A stretch of 64,000 nucleotides of DNA from Planctomycetota bacterium (lineage in GTDB: Bacteria; Planctomycetota; Brocadiia; JAADGH01): NCBI GenBank assembly GCA_040755855.1, contig JBFMAD010000001.1, forward strand, positions 224,001-288,000, written 5' to 3'. Below the pieces are notes generated by a model. The model was not told the origin of the DNA. It saw only the letters and a program-made list of their open reading frames with translations, and searched no databases. Positions within the stretch are counted from its first letter, which is position 1; every line of letters starts with the position of its first letter. Shown piece by piece: positions 41,401 to 49,553 of the stretch. Made by a program: the position numbers and the translations under genes.

Positions 41401-42269
41401 GATTCACCGATGCGAAACCCGAACATAGCGAGGTCCGGACATGCCTTCAGGATCTTGGCCGCGCACTCCCGGTAGTACTCGGTCAGTCTCCCGGCAGGAA
41501 CATTCACCCCCCCCGCGGGATAATTCATGAACCCCACGCGGATGCCGCGATCTTTCGCTATTGCGACGATTTGTTTGAGCATGGCAAGGTTCTTGTCCGG
41601 ATCCACCCCGGCGGGCGTCGCCCCCGGGAATGTGTCGCTGCGGATCAGATAAGGGAAGGCATTGGGATAATCCGTTGTCATAACATCATAACAGGCATGG
41701 ATATCCATGAAATTGAACCGACAGCGCGCCAGGAGGTCAATGTAACGCCTCCAGTAGTCGGCGGAGTGAAATTCCGAGTCCGGCGACTCCATTGACTGCT
41801 TCAGGAGAAAGAAGTTGACGCCGCGAACCCGGAGGAATGGGGAGCGGGATCGTTCCTCGATGGCCGCATCCACATCGGCCAGCGATCGGGCGCGGGAAAT
41901 CTGCTCCGCTACGTCGAGCGCGGCATACATGGTCCCGGCTGTGTCGCGGCCCAGGGCCTGGACCAGACACGAATCATGTCCGCCCATCTTCAGATGGCTT
42001 TTCAGGAGGGCGTACGACTCCGCTCGGTCGGGAACAGTCGGGTCCCCGGCGCCGGCGACATGCAGCGCGATGCTGACGCGGCCCCCGATCCCCGACTCGA
42101 GGACGCGATAGGGGATCCTCCTGCGCTTCAGCGCCGCCGCAATCTCCGACGCCCCGAAGCGAATCGGCGCGGGGGCGTCCTTGTCCACAAAGATCGCCAC
42201 GTCCTCGCACCCCATCGCAAGGAGCGTCGCTCCCAACAGGATGGCTTTCCAGAACCGACCACCCAACAC
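38487..42269 (-). CDS. Large secreted glycoside-hydrolase-like protein (GH67/GH115-like N-terminus, C-terminal beta-sandwich domains)
   Basis: Lipobox-like LAMGC; ESYAL...GRDTAGTMYAALDVAEQ, RSPFLRVRGVNF, GFRIGES, WGDPDF, WGRTAYDP; AAGGAGG RBS before GTG 42269. Family call by eye. Confidence 0.6.
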   Translation of the reverse strand: MLGGRFWKAILLGATLLAMGCEDVAIFVDKDAPAPIRFGASEIAAALKRRRIPYRVLESGIGGRVSIALHVAGAGDPTVPDRAESYALLKSHLKMGGHDSCLVQALGRDTAGTMYAALDVAEQISRARSLADVDAAIEERSRSPFLRVRGVNFFLLKQSMESPDSEFHSADYWRRYIDLLARCRFNFMDIHACYDVMTTDYPNAFPYLIRSDTFPGATPAGVDPDKNLAMLKQIVAIAKDRGIRVGFMNYPAGGVNVPAGRLTEYYRECAAKILKACPDLAMFGFRIGESGQGPDFYRQGVLAGATESKKDIHLYTRTWFVPRQEIMELAREHAGRFFVETKYTGEHLGLPYVVASNRISEWGSCAYQAYTNYPRNYEIIYQVMANGTQRIFHWGDPDFARRCVQSCAFGQAAGCSIETMTAFYPRTNYFLNRDTFPQPYFTWDFERNWFWHMVWGRTAYDPGAPELVWINAFRERFGEEAGEDVYRAVALGSRVVPLIYAVHCLGADRRRMAPEMETGDDHRSRRLAEGNVRVDWRGDILEFSKVGVLDDTVMASIREYADAAVKGNANGKFGPLDAAQRLSEISLSALEHIEKADKAVTHSKDEFRAIRMDVEALRGLAVYYAEKTRAAVALELYRRTRHYALLGDADAYARRAIDAWDDLTDATMRQYRPLIERLRMCTAHFTWEEEGRHLTGDLETIQRVREEFEGALQSKFGGEIRDLVKELREHGEPSRDEMARRHKEMERRMAQHPPDIGHLPVHRAPPHSPIWISATVATPVRDAPAWLYYRRSGEKEFKKTPMTQRPDRYMSAAFIPAEAAAPGVVEYYIEVGQEKAKTQCPDKGPNEPQRVTVSADRSRPVISPVVLDERTRGGKVKLAARVSDGESVASVTAFYRPMPSYYEWTGVAMKKSGEAYEAEVPLTPEGLLYRFEAADANGNATVHPDFLERTPYYVIQSWEPAWVKRDFISFEEGMETYEAAAGQRPFTDSDLKIEAMSVDLKGLVGVRLPMKAARAASLYQGGGIVARFRLDAPARMFVGFGGREMRGWCTRQPGWVPLPELQVKVGRSTLDICCRDYPAGEHSFAFAQGSGVILGFRKLTSKEKRADRPFLLIGGEENYNVVKESFLTVPAEFGIYSPKFGRSAYTDNSSIILAMPKELEGLLGIQLSSFRALLGDYAVPFKLDEPARLYVVFGKPGEQSWEEAHPEFTLYKKGAYKQTDGIARDIYFRDFPAGQSILLLKKGTAVILGFGKLSEIKEKP

Positions 42270-42289
42270 GAATGGATCCTCCTTAGGCT

Positions 42290-42329
42290 GACCTCCCGGA
42301 GGTTCGGAACCTTCGGGAGGTCGAAACCT
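42290..42329. repeat. REP-like palindromic repeat, copy 2
   Basis: GACCTCCCGGAGGTTCGGAACCTTCGGGAGGTCGAAACCT; 38/40 identical to 2769-2808. Confidence 0.85.
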
Positions 42330-42456
42330 TAGACAGAATACTCGGAGACGGGGAGGGCTTCAATCAAAATTTCCTTGCGCCGACCAGCGAATCATGCTAT
42401 CTGTATGACGAGTAAGAAATTGAACCATCTCATCCCATCCGAGTAACCTTCACAGA

Positions 42457-43194
42457 ATGCCCATCATGCGCGGTTCGATTCAGGCATTTCTCGCCGTGAT
42501 CACTTGCCTCAGCGCCTTGTCTCGCACCGAGGCCAAGGACAAAAGCCAGACCACCATCCTGCGCGACGACCAATACGTTTGCGTAGTCGGCAAGAAGGGC
42601 GGGGAACTCCGCTTCACGCTCAACTGCCGACGCCACAGCGATCTGCCGACCGGCGTATCCTTCGATGTCATCGAGCCCGACAGCGAGGTCTTGGGCCGCG
42701 GGATGGCTCCGCTCGCCCGGAAAGAGAATTTTTCATACACGCTCCGCAAGGACGGCATGCACGTCATCGCTTTGCGATGCCGAGGCAACACATATGACAT
42801 CCAGACCGGCCAGACGCCGGCAGCCCACCTCGCGTCGAAGGCGCGCCCGCTTCACATCTGCGGCGGCTGCCGCAGGCTCCACTTCTTCGTCCCGAAGTCG
42901 GTTCAGGAGTTTTCGATCTACGTCCACGCCGGTACGCCGAAAGAAGGGGCGCGCGTGACGATTCACGACGCCGACGGCAAGATCGTTCATCAAGAAGAAG
43001 GCGATTACGACAAAGCGACGGAGATCAAGGTCCAAGTCCCCAGTGGAGCCAACGACCGGACCTGGTCGGTCATGTTTGAAGACCCTGTGGATGAAAAATC
43101 GGTCCTCGACGATCTGCTTGTCCACCTGAGTCTGAACGTCAAACCATTTCTTGTTGAGCAAGAGGGATGGGCCACCCTCTTTGTCAAGGAGTAG
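42457..43194 (+). CDS. Hypothetical secreted beta-rich protein
   Basis: Signal-peptide-like N-terminus; consistent codon usage; stop lies 1 nt before the next ATG. Confidence 0.65.
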   Translation: MPIMRGSIQAFLAVITCLSALSRTEAKDKSQTTILRDDQYVCVVGKKGGELRFTLNCRRHSDLPTGVSFDVIEPDSEVLGRGMAPLARKENFSYTLRKDGMHVIALRCRGNTYDIQTGQTPAAHLASKARPLHICGGCRRLHFFVPKSVQEFSIYVHAGTPKEGARVTIHDADGKIVHQEEGDYDKATEIKVQVPSGANDRTWSVMFEDPVDEKSVLDDLLVHLSLNVKPFLVEQEGWATLFVKE

Positions 43195-43195
43195 C

Positions 43196-45265
43196 ATGAA
43201 GGCGCGGCGGATTGCAGGTACGTTGGTGGCAGTCGCGCTGCTCCTCTGCCGCGCCGCGGCAGGCGAGGAACGGCCGATCACATTCCTGCGCCATCTGCGC
43301 GCCCCGGACCTCGACGATCCGTCCTATCTGAAGGAAATCAGGAACCGTCGGCCGGACTTCCTGCTCCTCGGCAGGGCGGTCCCCTTCGACAACGCCCTGG
43401 GGCCGACCTCCCTCATGGCCGGAGGCGACAGCGCGGCCAGGGACATCAAAGACGCCGCCCTGCTGAAACCGAAGGACCTCGAGGAGCGCGTCAAGTTCCT
43501 CCGTCGGCTGAACGTGGTCCTCCGCGAATCGGGCGTCAAGACCATCCTCCCCTACACATCTGCCATCTCCCTGATCGGCGAGGCGGAGAAACCGACAGGC
43601 TTCTTTGAATTCTACCGTCGCTGGCATGAGTACCCCGGCCTCGGCCAGCGGCCCACCCCCTCCCCCGATGCATGGTTCGCCGTGGATACGCTCGACAATC
43701 CCCTCCCCGTCGGCGATGCGCTCGACCCCGACTACCTCCGCCCCATGAAGCGCTACGCCGCCTGCCCGGCTAATCCCGGATGGCGCGCCTGGATGCAGCA
43801 GGTCGTCCGCGCCTGCGTCGAGTGCGGATACGACGGGGCTTACGTGGACCACTGCGACATAAAGCCATGCTGCTGCGCACAGTGCCAGGAGAAGTTCCAT
43901 TCCTACCTATCCGCAAAGTACCAACCGGAAGAATACAAAAAACTCCACGGCCAGGGCCTTGACGCCATTCGCCTCAGCGAGGATGAGGAGACGTTCGCGG
44001 GCGTCGAAACGATGCTCTTCAGGCAGTTAATGCTGAAGGAACTCCTGGGGGCGATGCGGGAAATCGGCGGCCAACAGAAGGCCCGACTCGCCCTCAAAGG
44101 CATCGGCCTCTGGCAGATGGAGCAGTTCGCGGACGTGGGGGAATTCTTTGCCTTCGACGCCGTAGGGCAGGGGCAGACGTTCAACATCCCGGGGGCGCGC
44201 GACACGGAGATCATCAACGGCATCTGTGATCGGCAGAGCTTCACCAACATCATCCCCTACAAGTGCGCCGCCGCGCTTGCCCAAAAATCGCAACTGATGA
44301 TTGACATGCATACGAACGATGCGATCACCCATGAACTTGGCTTCGCCGAGGCGCTCGCCTTCGGCGCGCCGCCGATCTTTGGAGGATCAATGACAACCGC
44401 CGACTCGGCCGCTTCGGCGAAGTATCGCGACTTCCTGACTCGCCACGCCGAGCTCTTTGCCGACGCCTCGCCCTATGCCCAGGTGGGGATCGTTTTCTTC
44501 GGGCAACACGCTTGCTATCCCCGGGGTATACGCCATGTGGAGCAGGCCCTGTTCGTGATGGAGCGCCTTGCCGCGCACCGCGTACCCTTTGAGGTCATCG
44601 TCGAGGGCAACTGCAACCCGGGTGCGCTGTCCGCTTATCGGGCTGTCATTCTCCCAGCCCTCCGGTACGCCAGCGACGCGCAGGTGTTGACGTTTCAGAA
44701 CTATGTGGAGCAAGGAGGAACGCTCGTTGTCTCCGAGGACGGCTTCCGATACAATGGAGGATACATTGAGCGCGAGAAGACCTGGCTCGAACGCGCCATC
44801 AACCGGCCGGAGAATCGAAAAGAGGACATCCTCCATGCGCCTGTGAAAAAGGGATGGATTGTCCATACGCCGAGATTCTTCGACGATGACGCCCTTGCCC
44901 AGGGCATCCGACGCGGGATCGAGGCCGGCCCCCTCCAGGTGATCGGACGCGGCGCATGGCACGTGCGGGTGAACACGCGGATGAGGCGGTCGGAGCACGC
45001 GGGGGATATTCTGATCCACTTTGTTAACTACAATGTCTGCCCCCGGCGGGGCGCAAAGGCCGTCATGCCTGAGCGGGATGTCTTTTGCTCCGTCCGGTTC
45101 CCAAGGGAGTGGAGCGTATTCTCCGTGACGGCCCACAGCCCGGACGTCCCGGTGGCGAAACAGATCGAGTTCTCCCAGGATGCCGAGAACGGCGTACTTC
45201 GATTCAACCTCCCGGAAGTGAGGGTTTACACAGTGGTGCGCGTCTCCTGTCGCATCACAGGATAA
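43196..45265 (+). CDS. Secreted GH42/beta-galactosidase-like protein (TIM barrel plus trimerisation-like domain)
   Basis: Signal peptide; ACPANPGWRAW...GYDGAYVD, CCCAQCQEKF; LSAYRAVILPALRYASD...YVEQGGTLV; ILIHFVNY. Confidence 0.6.
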   Translation: MKARRIAGTLVAVALLLCRAAAGEERPITFLRHLRAPDLDDPSYLKEIRNRRPDFLLLGRAVPFDNALGPTSLMAGGDSAARDIKDAALLKPKDLEERVKFLRRLNVVLRESGVKTILPYTSAISLIGEAEKPTGFFEFYRRWHEYPGLGQRPTPSPDAWFAVDTLDNPLPVGDALDPDYLRPMKRYAACPANPGWRAWMQQVVRACVECGYDGAYVDHCDIKPCCCAQCQEKFHSYLSAKYQPEEYKKLHGQGLDAIRLSEDEETFAGVETMLFRQLMLKELLGAMREIGGQQKARLALKGIGLWQMEQFADVGEFFAFDAVGQGQTFNIPGARDTEIINGICDRQSFTNIIPYKCAAALAQKSQLMIDMHTNDAITHELGFAEALAFGAPPIFGGSMTTADSAASAKYRDFLTRHAELFADASPYAQVGIVFFGQHACYPRGIRHVEQALFVMERLAAHRVPFEVIVEGNCNPGALSAYRAVILPALRYASDAQVLTFQNYVEQGGTLVVSEDGFRYNGGYIEREKTWLERAINRPENRKEDILHAPVKKGWIVHTPRFFDDDALAQGIRRGIEAGPLQVIGRGAWHVRVNTRMRRSEHAGDILIHFVNYNVCPRRGAKAVMPERDVFCSVRFPREWSVFSVTAHSPDVPVAKQIEFSQDAENGVLRFNLPEVRVYTVVRVSCRITG

Positions 45266-45283
45266 GGAAAGCGATATAGAATT

Positions 45284-46570
45284 ATGAAAAAACGAAAGAT
45301 ATGCGTCGTCGGTCTCGGATATGTCGGGTTGCCGTTGGTCGTGGAATTCGGCAAGCGCGGGCCGGCGGTGGGATTTGACAGCAACGCCAAGCGCGTGACC
45401 GATCTCCGAAAGGGCCTCGACGCCAACAGTGAAGTCCCCGCTCTGGAGCTTCGGCGGTCCGACATCTTATTCACCACCGACCCGAACGAGATCGGCAGGT
45501 GCAACTTCGTCATCGTCTGCGTCCCCACGCCGGTGGACAAACACAAGATCCCCGACCTGGGGCATGTCCGGTCGGCAAGCGAGATCGTGGGCAGGCACAT
45601 GTCGAAGGGAACGATCGTTGTCTTCGAGTCCACCGTATATCCCGGCGTGACAGAGGAAATCTGCGCGCCGATTCTGGAGCGCACCTCGGAACTCCGATGC
45701 GGGCGCGACTTCAAGATCGGCTACAGCCCCGAGCGCGTCAACCCCGGCGACAAAGAGCACACCATTTCGAGGATCACCAAGGTCGTGTCGGGCATGGACA
45801 AGACGACGCTGGACGAGGTGGCCCGCGTCTATTCCTCCATCGTCAAGGCGGGGGTCTACAAGGCCCCGTCCATCAAGACCGCCGAGGCGGCGAAGGTGAT
45901 CGAGAATATCCAGCGCGACCTGAACATCGCGCTCATGAACGAGCTGTCGCTGATCTTCGAGAAGCTGGGCTTGAGGACCTCCGAGGTCCTTGCCGCGGCG
46001 GCGACGAAGTGGAATTTCCACCGCTACTACCCCGGCCTCGTCGGCGGCCACTGCATCGGCGTAGATCCTTACTACTTGACTCATAAGGCCTTGGAACTCG
46101 GCTACCACCCGCGGGTCATCCTCGCCGGACGCGAGATCAACGACAACATGTCCCGCCACATCGTCGAACTTGCCGTCCGGGGGCTGAACCAGGCCGGTAA
46201 GGTCCTCAAAACATCGAAGGCCCTCGTCATGGGGGTCACGTTCAAGGAAAACGTCGCCGACACGCGCAACTCGAAGATCGCCGATGTGATCACGGGCCTG
46301 CAGGAGTTCCACATCAAGACCGTCGCGTTCGATCCCCTGCTGGCGGGGCATGAGGGGCTGGAGTTCGACGCGCCGCTGGCCACGCGATTCGAGGACGTCG
46401 GCAGGGGCTACGACGTCGTCATCGTCGGCGCGCCCCATCGCGTGTTCAAGAAAATCCCCCTCGGCAAGTTGAAGGCGCGCATGAGGAGCCGGCCCGTGCT
46501 GGTGGACATCCGGGAATCCTACGACCGCAAACAGGCCGAGAGGCTGGGCATCGCCTACTTCAGCCTTTGA
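45284..46570 (+). CDS. Nucleotide-sugar 6-dehydrogenase (UDP-GlcNAc/GalNAc DH, WbpO/TviB-like)
   Basis: VVGLGYVGLP, CVPTP, ESTVYPG, SPERVNPG, AEAAKVIEN, GLVGGHCIGVDP, TFKENVAD. Confidence 0.92.
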   Translation: MKKRKICVVGLGYVGLPLVVEFGKRGPAVGFDSNAKRVTDLRKGLDANSEVPALELRRSDILFTTDPNEIGRCNFVIVCVPTPVDKHKIPDLGHVRSASEIVGRHMSKGTIVVFESTVYPGVTEEICAPILERTSELRCGRDFKIGYSPERVNPGDKEHTISRITKVVSGMDKTTLDEVARVYSSIVKAGVYKAPSIKTAEAAKVIENIQRDLNIALMNELSLIFEKLGLRTSEVLAAAATKWNFHRYYPGLVGGHCIGVDPYYLTHKALELGYHPRVILAGREINDNMSRHIVELAVRGLNQAGKVLKTSKALVMGVTFKENVADTRNSKIADVITGLQEFHIKTVAFDPLLAGHEGLEFDAPLATRFEDVGRGYDVVIVGAPHRVFKKIPLGKLKARMRSRPVLVDIRESYDRKQAERLGIAYFSL

Positions 46571-47396
46571 GGAACTCGACGGTCCGGTCGGTGCACTCCT
46601 TCTCCCACTCCACCGACGAGAAGTTGTGGTTGGCCCCCTCGACCACGTGGAAGCGGAGGTCGAGGCCCTTCTCCCTGCCGAACTCTTCGAAGTGCTTCCG
46701 CGCCTCGCCGCCCTCCGGGTCGGCCCCGCCGTAGAGGAACAGCGCCTTCCCCCTGTACTGGGCGAAGGCGGCCATGATGTCTCGCGCGGAATCCTTCGGA
46801 TTCCGCCCGTCCACCTCGGGCGCGGCCATGTGGCCGAAGAGGACCTTCTTGATCATGCCAAACTGGATCGCGCCGCGGAGGAGCTTCCTCCAGGTCTCGA
46901 GGCGGAAGAGCTTCTTGAAATACTCCTTTGCGAATGATCCCGTGCGCTTCACCTTGATCGCCACCATCTTCTGCTGCTCCGGCTGGAAGGGCAGGGTGGA
47001 ACAGGGGATCAGTAGGGCGATGTCGTCGCGGAGCGTCGCCGCGCCGATGACCACGTTCCCCCCGGAGCACAGGCCCCAGACGGCGATGCGCGACGGCGGG
47101 AGGCGCTGCTTCACAAAATCCACCGCCGCGCATGTGTCGGCGATCATGCCGTCCAAGTCGTTGGCGTGGAAATCCCCCTCGCTGTCGCCCCGTCCCCGGA
47201 GATCGAACCGGAACGCCGCCATGCCCTCCGCGACCAGACGGCGGGCGACGTTCACCAGAATCCGGTTCGGCCCCACCCGGCAGCCGGTCCAACCGTGCAC
47301 CAGAACAACGGCGCACGCCGCGCCGCCCGCATCGGGCGCGTGCAGGACGCCGTAAATCTTCTGGCCGTCATTCAAGAATGAAACCGGCTCTTCCAT
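46560..47396 (-). CDS. Alpha/beta hydrolase, 'hydrolase 1, exosortase A system-associated'-like (Cys nucleophile)
   Basis: RVGPNR, FRFDLRGRGDSEG, WGLCSGG, GANHNFS. Confidence 0.8.
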   Translation of the reverse strand: MEEPVSFLNDGQKIYGVLHAPDAGGAACAVVLVHGWTGCRVGPNRILVNVARRLVAEGMAAFRFDLRGRGDSEGDFHANDLDGMIADTCAAVDFVKQRLPPSRIAVWGLCSGGNVVIGAATLRDDIALLIPCSTLPFQPEQQKMVAIKVKRTGSFAKEYFKKLFRLETWRKLLRGAIQFGMIKKVLFGHMAAPEVDGRNPKDSARDIMAAFAQYRGKALFLYGGADPEGGEARKHFEEFGREKGLDLRFHVVEGANHNFSSVEWEKECTDRTVEFLKG

Positions 47397-47399
47397 GTG

Positions 47400-48212
47400 T
47401 TACCCACCCAGCCAGTCGCAGACGCAGGCAATCAGCTCGCTGCACTCCAGGAACTCGATCCGACTCCAGAACGGCGGCAGCACAAGCGGCGCGACCGTCG
47501 CCGCTGCCCCGATCTTCTCATACGCCTCCCGCAGCGATTCCATCTCCGGCCTAACCGTCGCATTCGGCGCGGCCTGAACGATAAGCACGCGACCGGAGAA
47601 CGCGCCGATCTGCTTGTTCAAATCAATCTCGATCAACTGCTTGTAGAGGGCGCCGGTGATGACGAACCCGTCCAGGTCAATCTCCCCCTCCCCGCCCTCC
47701 AACTGTTTGACGATGTCGGCGCGTTTGCCTCCGCTCTTGCCCTTCATCATCATCTCGCGGATCATCTTGCGCTTGAGGTCGCCCGCGAAGGCGCTCCTAC
47801 CCTGGGGGACCGGCTGGATAAGGATCAGGGGATCAACGCCGCCGAGCGCGCCCGCCACCCGCCCCGCCATCGCCCCGCCGAGACGCAGGCCGAGCAGACC
47901 CACCGCGGGAGGGGAAAGTCTCGCCTTGATGAATGGAACGGCGGCCCGGATGTCCGCCTCGAAGATCGCGATCGTCGCGTCGCGCAGCTCCCCCGCGCTG
48001 TCCCCGCATCCCATGTAGTCGAACCGCAGGACGCCCCAGCCCCGCCGGGCCATCTCCCGCGCAAGGAGGACGAGAACCCGGTGGGAACACTTCCGCTCCT
48101 CCCCGAAGGCGTTGCAGAAGACGACGCCCGCCTTGACCTCGCCCTCGGGGATGTGCAGCATCCCCAGCAGGCGTTTGCCGCCGCCGTCGAAGGTGACCTG
48201 TTCTTCCGTCAC
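47400..48212 (-). CDS. Alpha/beta hydrolase, 'hydrolase 2, exosortase A system-associated'-like
   Basis: AFGEER, LRFDYMGCGDSAGE, LGLRLGG, PFW. Confidence 0.8.
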   Translation of the reverse strand: MTEEQVTFDGGGKRLLGMLHIPEGEVKAGVVFCNAFGEERKCSHRVLVLLAREMARRGWGVLRFDYMGCGDSAGELRDATIAIFEADIRAAVPFIKARLSPPAVGLLGLRLGGAMAGRVAGALGGVDPLILIQPVPQGRSAFAGDLKRKMIREMMMKGKSGGKRADIVKQLEGGEGEIDLDGFVITGALYKQLIEIDLNKQIGAFSGRVLIVQAAPNATVRPEMESLREAYEKIGAAATVAPLVLPPFWSRIEFLECSELIACVCDWLGG

Positions 48213-48472
48213 GACTTCCCCGTCTTCTCGCGCACAAAATCGGCGATGGATTTCACGGTCTTGAAGACCTCGATGTCGAACTCCTCGTCCTCGAACGAGA
48301 TGCCGTAGACCTCTTCCAGCCCGACGGCGATCTCCAGGAGCTGCACCGAGTCTATGTCCAGCTTCTCCATGAGCGGTTCCTCGTCCGGGATGTCGCCCGG
48401 CTTGATTTTCAGGAACAGCCTCTCCACGATCATCTGCTTGACGGCGTCTTCGACGGAGCTTGCCTCACCCAT
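48209..48472 (-). CDS. Acyl carrier protein
   Basis: Acidic 87 aa; LDIDSVQLLE (phosphopantetheine Ser); FKTVKSIADFV. Confidence 0.9.
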   Translation of the reverse strand: MGEASSVEDAVKQMIVERLFLKIKPGDIPDEEPLMEKLDIDSVQLLEIAVGLEEVYGISFEDEEFDIEVFKTVKSIADFVREKTGKS

Positions 48473-48487
48473 GCGATTCCTTTCCGG

Positions 48488-49387
48488 TTATCTCACCCTT
48501 CGGCCGTGCAACGACGGCATCTCGATCTTCTTCCACTTCGTTTCGGAGTCCGGCGGCCCGTCCTCCCTTTCAAACATGTGACGCCACCGCTCCTTGAACA
48601 ACATCCCGTGTTTGATGATCAGATACGTATTCGGCAGCGACGGCGTGCCGTCGGACGTGATGCTCTCCCAATGGTGAATCTCCGCGCTCGGCGTATAGAC
48701 CACCCGATACCCCCGGCTCCGGGCGCGGTAGCAAAAGTCGAAGTCCTCGAACTCGATCGGGTTGAACGCCTCATCCAATTCCCCGATCTCGTCGTAGAGC
48801 GATTTTGGAAACATGAAGCACGCGCTGATGAGGCACTGCACGTCCTTCTGCACGTTGAATTCGGGGGTCTCCCTCGGCCGGCCCCGGCCGCGGAACTGCA
48901 CCCGCCCCGTCCGCGAGATCGCCGCGCCCGCGCATTGAATCCAGTGCGGCTCGAAGGGATACGTGATCTTCGGCCCGACGATCTTGATCGCCCGATCGCT
49001 GTCCAGCACCCCGCGCAGGCGGACGAGCCAGTCCGTATCCTTCACCATCGTGTCGTTGTCGAGGAAGACGGTGTACCGGCCCTCCGCCGCGGCGACGCCC
49101 TCGTTGCGCCCCGTGCAGCAGCCAACGTTCTTCCCCTTCGCAATGACCCGGAGGCGCGCCCTTGCGGCGCTGAACTTCAGCTTCATGGACTCCAGCAGCC
49201 CCAGCGTCCGGTCCCTGGAGCCATTGTCCACAACCACCACTTCGTAGTCAGCGCCCGTGGTTGTGAGGAGACTCGTCAGACATGCCTCGGTATAGTCGGC
49301 CTTGTCGCGGGACAGGATAACGATGCTGAATGTGGGCACTCGCATCACCGAAGTTTCGGACAGGTTGATCTCGGATCGTATCATCAA
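48488..49387 (-). CDS. Glycosyltransferase family 2
   Basis: VVVVDNGSRD, GRNEG, FLDND, FEDFDFCYR. Exact start uncertain. Confidence 0.9.
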   Translation of the reverse strand: MMIRSEINLSETSVMRVPTFSIVILSRDKADYTEACLTSLLTTTGADYEVVVVDNGSRDRTLGLLESMKLKFSAARARLRVIAKGKNVGCCTGRNEGVAAAEGRYTVFLDNDTMVKDTDWLVRLRGVLDSDRAIKIVGPKITYPFEPHWIQCAGAAISRTGRVQFRGRGRPRETPEFNVQKDVQCLISACFMFPKSLYDEIGELDEAFNPIEFEDFDFCYRARSRGYRVVYTPSAEIHHWESITSDGTPSLPNTYLIIKHGMLFKERWRHMFEREDGPPDSETKWKKIEMPSLHGRRVR

Positions 49388-49553
49388 GTATTTCTATGGT
49401 AATGAAAGCCTGGCGGATATTCAATGGAAAACCGCGTGGACTGATGCGCCAAATTCTCTCGACAGTTGGCTGGGAAAGGATGTATAATTTGGTCTTCCAT
49501 ATGATTCATATATTCATACTTTGGTTATCCACGGGAAGGTCCCCATACATCAA

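Noticed and set aside
39024..41795. 923-aa plus-strand ORF (likewise 33594-35675, 14910-16970, 56866-58701, 49506-51098)
   Set aside because: Antisense shadows of well-supported genes; no recognisable motifs.
49525..49533. DnaA-box-like TTATCCACG / replication origin
   Set aside because: Single mismatched box, no cluster and no dnaA/dnaN context.
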